DNA of 64,000 nucleotides from Rhizodiscina lignyota (lineage: Eukaryota), in the NCBI GenBank assembly GCA_010015805.1, contig ML978123.1:1612001-1676000 (forward strand), read 5' to 3'. Positions 37,644 through 48,462 of the stretch are shown here, in pieces. Positions within the stretch are counted from its first letter, which is position 1, and each line of letters starts with the position of its first letter. A model generated the notes under the pieces. It did no database searches and was not told the DNA's origin. It saw only the letters and a list, made by a program, of their open reading frames with translations. The translations under genes were made by a program, and so were the position numbers.

Positions 37644-40277
37644 ATGTATGATATCTGTTCCACTAATACTCAAGCAAAGTTTTTGACATATTTTAGGCAT
37701 CGCCCTCGTCCTTCCGTCTCCACTGACAACAAGGAGAATCTTCCGCCACAGAAAGCCACCCGACTTTACGGAGGGACTCCGCAATCTGTCGACCGCTTAA
37801 TTAAGCCCTTCAAATGTCCTGGCTCAGCGACGCCATCTCGTTCCTTAGACAAACCCTCCCGAAAGCGCCGGAAGATCAGCTATGCTGATGCAGATGGAAG
37901 CACCGAAGATGGTGACAAGCCTTACTCAAACGACGATAGACTCGCCCTTGCGACACGAGATGTCAACAAGTACCCGGTCTTCAAAGCGCAGGATAAAGAG
38001 TCGGCATTCCGGCAACGATTTGCCGTGCCATTCTTGAATAAAGACAGTACAGCCTATAATCCATCACGTCCGCCACCCTTACTTGGCCTACGCACCGGTG
38101 CGGCGTTTGTCACGAAAGCTCTCCATGACCCGAGCGGCGAATTTGCCATCGTTCTGTATGATCCTACGGTGGATGACAAACCTGCTACCCCCGAGCAGAC
38201 AGAGGAGAAGCCTGAGCCAGAGAAAGTCGAGCAACTGGATGTGCCCATGATGCACAAGAGCCTGGCAGAGATATTGGGGATTAAGAAGAAAGTTGAAGGA
38301 CGGCCGAGAGTACCAGTTGTCATCGATCCTAGGCTGGCGAAGGTTCTTCGACCTCATCAGGTTGAGGGTGTCAAGGTGTGTGACAGACCATGCGGAAGGC
38401 CGCCTTTTTGGGGCTGATTTTTGCTAGTTCTTGTATCGTTGTACCACTGGTCTGATTGATCAAAATGCCCATGGGTGTATCATGGCTGATGAGATGGGTT
38501 TGGGAAAGACTGTAAGGACGATTCCCCTGACCTACTTCGTCGCTAACCTGCCCCAGCTTCAATGCATTACCCTGATGTGGACACTGCTTAAGCAGTCTCC
38601 AGATGCTGGGAAATCAACGATTCAGAAATGTGTCATAGCCTGCCCATCTAGTCTTGTGCGTAACTGGGCGAATGAGCTAGGTAAGAAAAGGTCCATGACT
38701 TCTATGAACCTTATCACTGACGTAGTATAGTAAAATGGCTGGGAGAAGGTGCAATCCACCCGTTCGCAGTTGATGGGAAAGCATCAAAAGAAGAACTCAT
38801 ACAACAAATGAGACAGTGGGCCATCGCCAGTGGTCGAGCCGTTATTAGACCAGTACTCATTGTGTCTTACGAGACTCTGAGATTGTACGTGGATGAACTC
38901 CGCAACACGCCAATTGGACTATTGCTCTGTGACGAGGGACACCGCCTAAAGAACGACGAAAGTCAGACCTTTACTGCTTTAAACGGCCTGAACGTTCAGA
39001 AGCGCGTCATTCTATCAGGCACGCCAATCCAAAACGACCTGTCAGAATACTTTGCGCTCCTCAATTTTGCGAACCCGAATTATCTAGGAACGAAGAACGA
39101 CTTTCGTAAACGATTTGAGCTTCCCATCCTTCGTGGTAGGGATGCATCCGGAACCGATGCGGATCGTAAGAAAGGCGATGAGTGTTTAGCCGAACTCCTT
39201 ACTCTCGTCAACAAGTTCATCATACGAAGAACAAATGACATTCTCTCGAAGTATTTGCCTGTCAAGTATGAGCACGTTGTGTTCTGCAATCTTGCACCAT
39301 TCCAGAAGGATCTGTACAACCACTTCATCCAATCTCCGGACATCAAGAGCCTCCTTCGCGGAAAAGGCAGTCAGCCTTTAAAGGCAATTGGCCTGCTGAA
39401 GAAGCTCTGCAATCACCCTGACCTCCTTGACCTGCCTAGTGATCTTCCTGGCTCGGAAGAATTCTTTCCGGACGACTTTGTACCAAAAGAAGCTCGAGGA
39501 CGAGATCGTGATGTTAAGGCCTGGTATTCCGGAAAGATGATGGTACTGGACAGAATGCTTGCACGAATTCGTCAGGATACCAACGACAAGATTGTGTTGA
39601 TCAGCAACTATACACAAACCCTAGATATCTTCGACAAGCTCTGCCGGGTGCGCGGATACGGTGTGCTTCGACTCGATGGAACCATGAACGTCAACAAGCG
39701 CCAGAAGCTGGTTGATAAGTTCAACGATCCAGCGGGGGAGGAGTTTGTCTTCCTTCTAAGCAGCAAGGCAGGTGGATGCGGTCTTAATCTCATCGGCGCC
39801 AACCGACTCGTGCTCTTCGACCCAGATTGGAATCCAGCTGCGGATCAACAGGCGCTTGCTCGCGTCTGGCGTGATGGACAGAAGAAAGATTGCTTTGTTT
39901 ATCGCTTTATTGCCACAGGTACCATCGAGGAAAAGATCTTCCAACGACAGTCGCACAAGCAATCGCTGTCTTCTTGTGTTGTGGACTCTGCAGAGGACGT
40001 CGAGCGTCATTTTAGCTTCGACTCATTGAGAGAGCTGTTCCAGTACCGACCCGGAACGACAAGCGACACGCATGATACAATCAAATGCAAGCGCTGTAGA
40101 CCCGATGGACGCCAGCATATCAAGGCTCCTGCTATGTTATATGGAGATACAAGCACCTGGAATCACTTCGTCAACGATGGAGAGGAAGGGCCTCTTGGGA
40201 GAATCCAGGATTTACTTTTGAGGCAAGAAACGGCGGACAAGGCCGTTAGCGCTGTATTCCAGTATATAAGCCACTGA
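37644..40277 (+). CDS. RAD54: SNF2-family DNA translocase Rad54
   Basis: [60 protein letters not shown] and [11 protein letters not shown]. Ends VFQYISH. Confidence 0.97.
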
Positions 40278-40941
40278 TGCAAGTAGGAGCTGTGGAGGGA
40301 AGGGTATTGTATGACTTTTGTCGAGGCGTTAGTGCTAGTTGCACGCTCATCATTGCTCGAAACTGTTCTTCGGGACGAGCAGAATTCATTCTAAATTATT
40401 TGCTATTGGCACTTAGCAGCACAAGCTGTCCACATCTGCCGCTCTGAAGGATTTAAGGGCCTTGTTTCACTCTTGTCGATGCAGTTACACCAGTGATAGT
40501 CTGTGCCTAATTAGGCACCCATGCTAGCTACGTCCTCACCCAGATTACGGGGACACATGCACCGGATCTTCAAGTGACACCACACTGCACCCCGCCACTA
40601 GCCGCTGCTAGCGATAGTTGCCAAGACTTCGACCTTTAGGATATCTTCGCCGTCTTTCTTCGCCATCCTGCAACCTCACGAACTTGCGGCAACGACTTCG
40701 AGTCGAGCTTCACGCCTACGAAACTATAAAATTGTTCGAGAAGCACTGCCCAACTACGATAGCTTGCCCTGCTCTGAACTGTATGTGATTAAAGTACTCA
40801 TTTATATTTATATGGCAGCATCTATTTTTATATAGGCGCAAAACAGCGTGGATCAGATCTCCGACTCGAATCCATATACTCTCTTACGATTATCTCGATA
40901 CCCCACCATAGCTCTGCGATAAACCGAAAACCTCACATAAC

Positions 40942-43479
40942 ATGGCCAGCCCTCCTGCAAGAGAAGGTCCTTCGGACGACCTGCGCTACGGATCACGCCA
41001 AACGTACCTTGGGAAGCGTGAACATCAACAACTCGAACTGCTTCGCCGACAGGTGGCAGAAGATGCCCAGGAAGAACGGGACCTTGGCGGGAAGCTCACA
41101 CAAAAGGAGCGCGACACCTTTGCTCGCAATCGAGAATTGCTCAAATTCACCGAACAGCGGCTACGCATCGCCGGCGAGATTGATGACGACGTATACGAAC
41201 TCCCTGATTCTACATCTACCTCACGAAAGCGGAAAGCGGAAGTATATTCGAAGCGGCAAGTCGAGAAAGACGAGCATGGCAGAGAAAAGTTTATGACAGA
41301 GCACGAGGAGTGGGAGAGGGAGCAGTTGGCCAAGGTGAAGGCTCATGCGCGGCGGGATGATGAGGAAGAGGTTGATGATATCGCCAACTACGAGTACGTC
41401 TGGGATTCTTCGCAGGGAATCAACTTCGTCACGGACGCACCACTTCCTGGATCAACAGATCAGGTACTTCAGAAGCAGCTGGATGCTGCGGAGGCCAGAG
41501 CAGCAGGCATCGAACAGACGAGGAAGAGTCTTCCAATGTACCAATACCGCGAACAGATACTGGAGGCCGTGGCCAAATTCCAGGTTCTTATTGTCGTTGG
41601 AGAGACCGGAAGTGGAAAAACAACGCAACTCCCGCAATATCTTCACGAAGCTGGATATACTAAGGGGGGATTAAAAGTTGGTTGCACTCAGCCAAGGCGA
41701 GTGGCGGCAATGAGCGTGGCTGCCCGCGTGGCGGAGGAGATGGGTGTGAGACTGGGAAATGAAGTTGGCTACGCTATTCGCTTTGAGGATAAGACGAACG
41801 ACAAGACAGTCCTCAAGTACATGACAGATGGTATGCTCCTTCGAGAGTTCTTGACGGAGCCAGATCTTTCAGGCTACTCAGTCATCATGATTGACGAGGC
41901 ACACGAGCGTACGTTGCATACCGATATTCTCTTCGGCTTGCTTAAGGATATCACGCGGCATCGGCCAGAACTCAAACTCTTGATTTCCTCTGCAACCATG
42001 GATGCCCAAAAGTTCTCAACATTCTTTGACGACGCGCCAATCTTCAACGTTCCTGGAAGGCGATTCCCAGTCGACATATACTACACACCACAACCAGAAG
42101 CAAACTATCTTGCGGCAGCCGTTACTACAATCTTTCAAATACACATGTCTCAACCAGCCGGTGATATCCTGGTGTTTTTGACCGGCCAGGAGGAGATAGA
42201 AACTGTGCAGCAGAACCTCGAGGATACTTCCCGCAAGCTTGGAAACCGCGCTAGAGAGCTCATCGTCGCACCCGTATACGCCAATCTCCCCACAGACCTT
42301 CAGTCTAAGATCTTTGAGCCGACGCCTCCTAATGCTCGAAAGGTAGTTCTCGCAACCAACATTGCTGAGACTTCCCTTACGATAGACGGAATCGTTTATG
42401 TCATCGATCCTGGCTTTGTGAAGGAAAATGTCTACAATCCAAAGACCGGCATTGAGTCACTTATTGTCACGCCTTGTTCGAGAGCCTCGTCTGAACAGCG
42501 CGCCGGAAGAGCAGGACGTGTCGGGCCTGGCAAGTGTTTTCGTTTGTACACGAGGTGGGCTTACCATCATGAACTGAACGAGAACACGCAGCCGGAAATT
42601 CAGAGGACGAATTTGAATGGTGTCGTCGTACAACTCAAAGCAATTGGGGTTAACAATCTCATTGAGTTTGACTTCTTGGATGCTCCTCCGGCAGATAACC
42701 TCATCAGAGCGCTGGAGCAGCTGTATGCTTTGGGCGCTCTGAATGACAAAGGTGAACTTACAAAGATTGGTCGACAGATGGCAGAATTTCCGACAGATCC
42801 CATGCTTGCCAAAGCAATTCTTGCAGCTGACTCATTTGGCTGCGTTGAGGAGGTCATCAGCATTGTCGCCATGCTCGGTGAAGCTGGAGCTCTGTTCTAT
42901 CGACCGAAGGATAAGAAGATACACGCCGACTCTGCACGTAGCAGATTCACAATCAAGGAGGGTGGCGATCATCTCACCCTTCTCAACATCTGGAACCAGT
43001 GGCTCGACTCGGACTACAGCTATGTCTGGGCTCGAGAAAATTTCCTGCAGCAAAGGAGTCTCACTCGCGCGCGTGACGTTCGAGAGCAGCTCGAGAAGCT
43101 GTGCGAGCGAGTTGGCATCGTCATGTCAACAAAGGGCGCTGGAGATATTCCGACATTGGCGCGGGCTCTCACCTCCGGTTTTTTCACCAACGCGGCGAGA
43201 TTGCAGCGAGATGGGCGCAGCTATCGTGCTGCTAAACACTCAGGCATGCAGGTCTACCTGCACCCTTCAGGCGTCCTACGACCTGAGGATAGGGTCAAGT
43301 GGATCGTCTATTACGAATGCGTGTATACGTCTGAGTGCTATGTGCGGGGTGTACTGCCCACAAAGCCTGAGTGGCTGATCGAGGCGGCACCGCACTACTA
43401 CAAGAAGGATGAAATCGAGAAGCTGGGCGATGGCAGGAAGATGCCCAAGAAGGAGGGAGCTGTTGGCTCTGTACTATAA
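40942..43479 (+). CDS. PRP2: Spliceosomal DEAH-box RNA helicase Prp2/Cdc28 (DHX16); intronless, 845 aa
   Basis: [36 protein letters not shown] and QRAGRAGR, followed by HA2 and OB regions. The [12 protein letters not shown]-terminus is of the Prp2/Cdc28 type. Confidence 0.9.
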   Translation: MASPPAREGPSDDLRYGSRQTYLGKREHQQLELLRRQVAEDAQEERDLGGKLTQKERDTFARNRELLKFTEQRLRIAGEIDDDVYELPDSTSTSRKRKAEVYSKRQVEKDEHGREKFMTEHEEWEREQLAKVKAHARRDDEEEVDDIANYEYVWDSSQGINFVTDAPLPGSTDQVLQKQLDAAEARAAGIEQTRKSLPMYQYREQILEAVAKFQVLIVVGETGSGKTTQLPQYLHEAGYTKGGLKVGCTQPRRVAAMSVAARVAEEMGVRLGNEVGYAIRFEDKTNDKTVLKYMTDGMLLREFLTEPDLSGYSVIMIDEAHERTLHTDILFGLLKDITRHRPELKLLISSATMDAQKFSTFFDDAPIFNVPGRRFPVDIYYTPQPEANYLAAAVTTIFQIHMSQPAGDILVFLTGQEEIETVQQNLEDTSRKLGNRARELIVAPVYANLPTDLQSKIFEPTPPNARKVVLATNIAETSLTIDGIVYVIDPGFVKENVYNPKTGIESLIVTPCSRASSEQRAGRAGRVGPGKCFRLYTRWAYHHELNENTQPEIQRTNLNGVVVQLKAIGVNNLIEFDFLDAPPADNLIRALEQLYALGALNDKGELTKIGRQMAEFPTDPMLAKAILAADSFGCVEEVISIVAMLGEAGALFYRPKDKKIHADSARSRFTIKEGGDHLTLLNIWNQWLDSDYSYVWARENFLQQRSLTRARDVREQLEKLCERVGIVMSTKGAGDIPTLARALTSGFFTNAARLQRDGRSYRAAKHSGMQVYLHPSGVLRPEDRVKWIVYYECVYTSECYVRGVLPTKPEWLIEAAPHYYKKDEIEKLGDGRKMPKKEGAVGSVL

Positions 43480-43614
43480 GTTCAATAAGGTAAACGAAGC
43501 ATGAAGACTAGGGTAACACTGCTTCATTCATGACTGCGAGTTCCAACTCTTAGCTAGCCACGAATACGAGCTTTATATGTACTTTCATCACACGATACCA
43601 ATGTCTTAGATATA

Positions 43615-44703
43615 TCATAGTAGCCTCTGCCTCGTCAGCAGCTTTGCGTAGTCCCTTCGGGCCTGCACGCGCTCATCTTGTGTCGATGTGCCTTGCCTTG
43701 TGATCCTGAGCCATCTGAAAATAATATTCTGTCCCGGTATGGCTCCTGATATTTCCTTGAATGGCGTGTCCCGATATTGCTCGACTAATTGATCAAAAGC
43801 CGTCATACTCTCTGCGAAAACGGAAGTAAACTCATCCTGCGCCTTCTGAGCCTCTTCGTAGAACTCGTCAGGTATCCGCTCTAGATAATTCTCCATCGTG
43901 TCGTCTGGGTTGGCCAGTAGCCTCTTGAAAACGATCTCGCGAGTCAGCGGCTTCTTGTCCGGGGCCGAGCCGCTTAGACCACGCTTCGCCAGATCCATAT
44001 ATGCAGAGAACTTGATCTTGACGCGCTCACCAGTGCTGTCGAAGCGTATCACGAAGCCTTCTTCATTTGGCCTGTTGAGCTCATGTATTGCATCAAGTGG
44101 TAAAAGTCCGCAAGGAAAGGATTCCGCTGCCCGGATTCCGAGCGCCTTTGCCACCTCTGGCAGGTCCTTATTTGGGGTATCGAAGCCTGTATAGGTGTCT
44201 AGCACAGCTATCAAAACGAGCTCCCGGCGGCCGTTGTAATCAATCAGATGTCGGTCCTGGGGATAGACCACCTCGAAGCAATAAGTCTTGCTTGGATCGC
44301 ACTTCTCTTCAAGTCCAGTAGCCTGCGCCATCTTCTTCCCTTCGACTGCCTGCGGACTGAGGAAACTTCCACGGGTGGCCATGAGCCATGTTCCTTTATA
44401 GCAAAACCACACTCCGAGCGATCCATCGACTTTCTCAAGAACGGTGAAGCGGTTCGTATCCTCAGTCTTGTGCAGGCCGTCACTGTAGTTGAAGAATTTT
44501 GGCATGGGCCTGGCGACTACTCTCGATGTCCCTTGCTCGATGACTAGCCCGCGTGCCATCATTGTACATGGATTCCAGGCCTTCTTCCATTGTGCCCGAT
44601 CAGTGTAGTTATAAATCGTCAAAGGGTGGTCTGGATGCTTCGATTTCTTGATAAGAGGAGGCTTGGCCTGAACCAGAGCCTCCAGGTCGTCTTCGAGCGT
44701 CAT
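43615..44703 (-). CDS. Stand-alone ATP-dependent RNA ligase of the T4 Rnl1/RnlA type; intronless, 362 aa
   Basis: IYNY..W, ARGLVI, VVARPMPKFFN, motif I EKVDGSLG, ATRGSF.SPQA, TYCFEVV (III), EEGFVIRF (IV), RVKIKF (V) and a C-terminal PDEFY. Confidence 0.88.
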   Translation of the reverse strand: MTLEDDLEALVQAKPPLIKKSKHPDHPLTIYNYTDRAQWKKAWNPCTMMARGLVIEQGTSRVVARPMPKFFNYSDGLHKTEDTNRFTVLEKVDGSLGVWFCYKGTWLMATRGSFLSPQAVEGKKMAQATGLEEKCDPSKTYCFEVVYPQDRHLIDYNGRRELVLIAVLDTYTGFDTPNKDLPEVAKALGIRAAESFPCGLLPLDAIHELNRPNEEGFVIRFDSTGERVKIKFSAYMDLAKRGLSGSAPDKKPLTREIVFKRLLANPDDTMENYLERIPDEFYEEAQKAQDEFTSVFAESMTAFDQLVEQYRDTPFKEISGAIPGQNIIFRWLRITRQGTSTQDERVQARRDYAKLLTRQRLL

Positions 44704-45426
44704 GTTCAAATACCGTCTGAAATTATACACTATTGATTTAACGGAAATATAACTCGAAGCGATTTCAAGCCGTAGTCACTATAATATAAAATTTAGCTTT
44801 GCAAAAGAAAGAGTAGAAAAGAAGAATTGAGAAGGCATAGAAGCAAACGGTAAGACCAGTCACCGCATGAGTGACTGGACATCTACGGACATAGCCATGG
44901 CATCGGTCAGCTGCGCCTCAGCAGCCTCAGTCTATTTCCGGCTGATTCGCAAGATCCAAGTCGGCTTCTACTGGGCTTTATTTTATTTTATAAATTCGCT
45001 CTATCGCCAAATGCTAGTAGGGGGCCTTGGCCTGGCGCTCGTACAAACCTTTATGAGATGGCAGTGAGCGGTGCGGTGTCCGTAGTTCACCTTGGAAGGC
45101 TAGCTTCCGTTTGTAAGCCCTGCTAGCGTTCGGCGAAAGAGCGAATTCATCACGGTACCAACTGGTGTCAGCGAACTGTGTCCGGCATGATTTACTCTCT
45201 ACGTCTTAATGAAGCCGTGAGATACTATGTGGAACAAGCTTGGAGAGATGTCACATGTGAGAGCGTGCAAGTGCTAAGGATGCGGACCATGCCGTTAAGG
45301 AGGCACGGGAGGCCAACAAATTAGAATCCTCCGGTGTCGGCCCGAACCCAGACGGCAGGTCAAATAATACAGCTCGAATTTCTTCGTCAAAGTCTCCAAC
45401 TGCAACCCCGTCCAGTATCTCGAAGA

Positions 45427-46763
45427 ATGAGTGCGGTTCGTAACAGCCTCCATGCAAAGGCTCCAGCCTTGAGAGTATCCAATGGCGCACTCAAAAACCG
45501 CTCTCCCTCATGGCCTTCCATGCCTCGGGCAGCATCGTCGGTAGCGGTAACACCCACGTCTCAACCGTCCACTCAACAATCGGCCATTCGTAAGGCTCTT
45601 GATGCCGACGGTCCACGCACGGATTGGACGAGGGAGCAGATATCTGAGATTTACAACGCGCCGCTGTTTGATCTCCAATACCAGGCTGTATGAGGCAAAT
45701 TCCACGCTCACAGCACCTATCGAGGTTGTGCAGCGGGATATCGTGCGCTAACGTTGTTGTGTCTTGACTCTTGCAGGCCACTGTCCATCGTCGATTCCAT
45801 AAGTCAGGGGCTATTCAGATGTGCACTCTGATGAACATCAAGACTGGCGGCTGCTCCGAAGACTGCAAGTACTGCGCACAGAGCTCTCGATATAATACCG
45901 GCCTCAAGGCCTCCAAGATTGTTACCGTTGAGTCTGTGCTGGAAGCCGCACGTGTCGCAAAAGAGAATGGGTCGTCACGCTTCTGCATGGGTGCGGCCTG
46001 GAGGGACATGCGAGGGCGCAAGACGAACCTTGCACGAATCACGGAGATGGTCAAGGGCGTGCGGGCTTTGGGGATGGAGGCATGCGTCACACTCGGGATG
46101 ATTGATGCTGCTCAGGCGCGCGAGCTCAGAGATGCTGGACTGACTGCGTACAACCACAATGTCGACACGAGCAGGGAGTTTTATCCAAATGTCATTACGA
46201 CCCGCTCGTACGATGAGCGGCTAGCCACCATCGACAATGTCCGTCAAGCAGGCATCAATGTGTGCAGTGGAGGCATCTTGGGCTTGGGCGAGGAGGCTAA
46301 GGACCATGTTGGTCTCGTACATACCGTGGCCACGATGCCGAGCCACCCAGAAAGCTTTCCCGTCAATGCGCTTGTCGCGATCAAGGGGACGCCATTGGAA
46401 GGACAGAATCCCGTCCCCTTTGACGCAATCGTACGCACAATTGCCACTGCCAGGCTTGTTCTCCCCAAGACTATCATTAGATTGGCGGCCGGCAGGAACA
46501 CGATGTCTGAGGAGAAGCAGATGATGTGTTTCCAGGCGGGCGCCAACGCGGTATTTACCGGCGAGAAGATGCTCACGACGGATTGCAATGGCTGGGACGA
46601 AGACAAGAGAATGTTTGAGCGCTGGGGTCTCACTCCGATGGCGGCCCACAATGACGGTGAGCCAGCTAAACCGGCTGAATCAACGTTACGGAACGAGACT
46701 CTTGTTCCATGGCAGCACATACAGCCCGGTGCACCAGCAGCCGCGGCGGCGATCTCGCAATGA
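45427..46763 (+). CDS. bioB: Biotin synthase (radical SAM), mitochondrial
   Basis: CSEDCKYC, RFCMGAAWR, YNHNVD, CSGGILGLGE and IRLAAGR. One intron at about 45688-45776. Confidence 0.97.
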
Positions 46764-46863
46764 AGTCGTAAGAGCTAACCTTTTGTCTCTTTGGTTTGTC
46801 ATCTTCGCAGATGACGGTCTCCGAATTTATAGATGCATTGACGTGGCGAACGAATTGTACTGT

Positions 46864-48252
46864 TTAGAGTTTCGATGTTTCCATTTTGGTGACGTCTTCC
46901 ACGCCGTCCAGCCCATCTGGCAACAGCAGCCACTTCTCAATCCTCGCCACCAATCTGTCGACTTGGTCGAATGTATTCCCAGCATGCAAGCAAACTCGGA
47001 CCCTACGCGTGGGCGCCGTCGGTGGCACAATAGCCCTTACGACAAAACCACCGTCCTGGCAAAACCTGGCCAGCGACCTGGGGTGCTGAGTGAGGAGGCA
47101 AAATATCGGTGACTCTGGGCATTCCTCCCCAATCTGGAGGGCCTTTTGAGTCAGTGATTCATGCCGATGTCTGCAAATCATCCTGGTGAGGCTACCATGT
47201 AGGTGCTCGAGCAGGCGTTGCAGATGCAACATGTGCTATTCAGTCCGTTAGTTGTGCCTCAGTCTGTCAAACGCTGCCGTACCGCATCCATTGTTCCCTG
47301 CTCCAACAGTCCATACGCCGCACGAATAGCGGCCAAGGCTGGGAAAGGCATGAAGGTCGTGTAGATGAGAGGCCTGGCATAATTGATCAAGTATGACCGT
47401 ACCAAAGGAGAACAAAGCAGAATCGCTGCACCTTGTTAGATGAGGCCGTTGAGCTTAAATGTGGTCAAAGATCCAACCTCCGCTGCATGCTAATGATTTT
47501 CCAAACGTATGGAGCCTGGCAAACACTCGCTTCTCCACTCCGAGCTTGTTTACGAGCCCACGCCCAAGTGAGCCGATGACACCAGTTGCGTGCGCCTCGT
47601 CCACAATAACGTGGCAGTTGTTGTGAGGAAAAAGGCTCTCTGCTAAGAAGACGATATCTGTGAGAGGTGCCAGATCGCCATCCATGCTATAGACTGACTC
47701 CACCGCAAGAAAGACGTTTTTCTTGCCAGCTTTGATTGCCGGGTCCTCGGCGACGAGCTCTTCTAGAACGCTTCCAAGGTCGGACGTTGAATTATGCTTA
47801 AACTTTCTTTTTGCACCAGCGCGAGACAATCGCATTCCTTCGTGGACGCTCGCGTGGATAAGCTCGTCGTATACTATGATATCTCCTGGTTGCGGTATGC
47901 AAGCGAAGAATCCTGCATTGGCATCGAATCCAGAGTTCCAAAGCAGACCTGCTGAGGCCCCGTGAAAATTGGCAATGTCCTCCTCGAGCTTTTCGGCATA
48001 GACAGAATTGCCATCGAGCAGCCTTGAGCCGCCAGACCCCAGAGCAAATTCATGGGATCGTGCCGAGAGCTCATTCAGAAACGCGTCCCGAAGAAGCGCT
48101 GATGTTGACAGCGACAGGAAGTCGTTTGACGAAAAGTCGACTGCATCCGGAGGTGACGCCTTGAGCTCTCGAAACAGTGATTTTTCTCTCCGCGACTGCA
48201 ATCTTGCAAGAAGACTCGTCTCCAATTGCGACATGGGCTTGGGACCACTCAT
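46864..48252 (-). CDS. bioF: 8-amino-7-oxononanoate (KAPA) synthase, peroxisomal
   Basis: DFSSNDFLSL, GSRLLDGN, HASVHEG, ESVYSMDGD, DEAH and TFGK (PLP lysine). C-terminal SKL is a PTS1. The start is 48252 or 48234. Confidence 0.95.
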
Positions 48253-48462
48253 GACGACTTGAAAACCTATCCCTTTCATTCGAAAAATGTGCTGATAGAG
48301 CGTGAATTTCTTCTTTCGACTTTCCAAGGGCCCAGGCACCCGGCAGGGGTGGAGACCCGTGCTGCGATGTCGGGGTCGCTCACTGAAAGTCTAAAATTTG
48401 CTGAGAAGCTCTCTTTTCATTCTGAACCTCAACAAGACTTGGTACGGAGAGGAGAGGAGAGG

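Noticed and set aside
40942..41500. Prp2/Cdc28 appears N-terminally short, suggesting a truncated retrocopy
   Set aside because: All helicase motifs are intact, N-terminal length varies among fungal Prp2 orthologs, and no poly(A) remnant is visible.
43480..44860. Mobile-element boundaries around the RNA ligase
   Set aside because: No direct or inverted repeats, and no transposase or recombinase remnant, are evident by eye.
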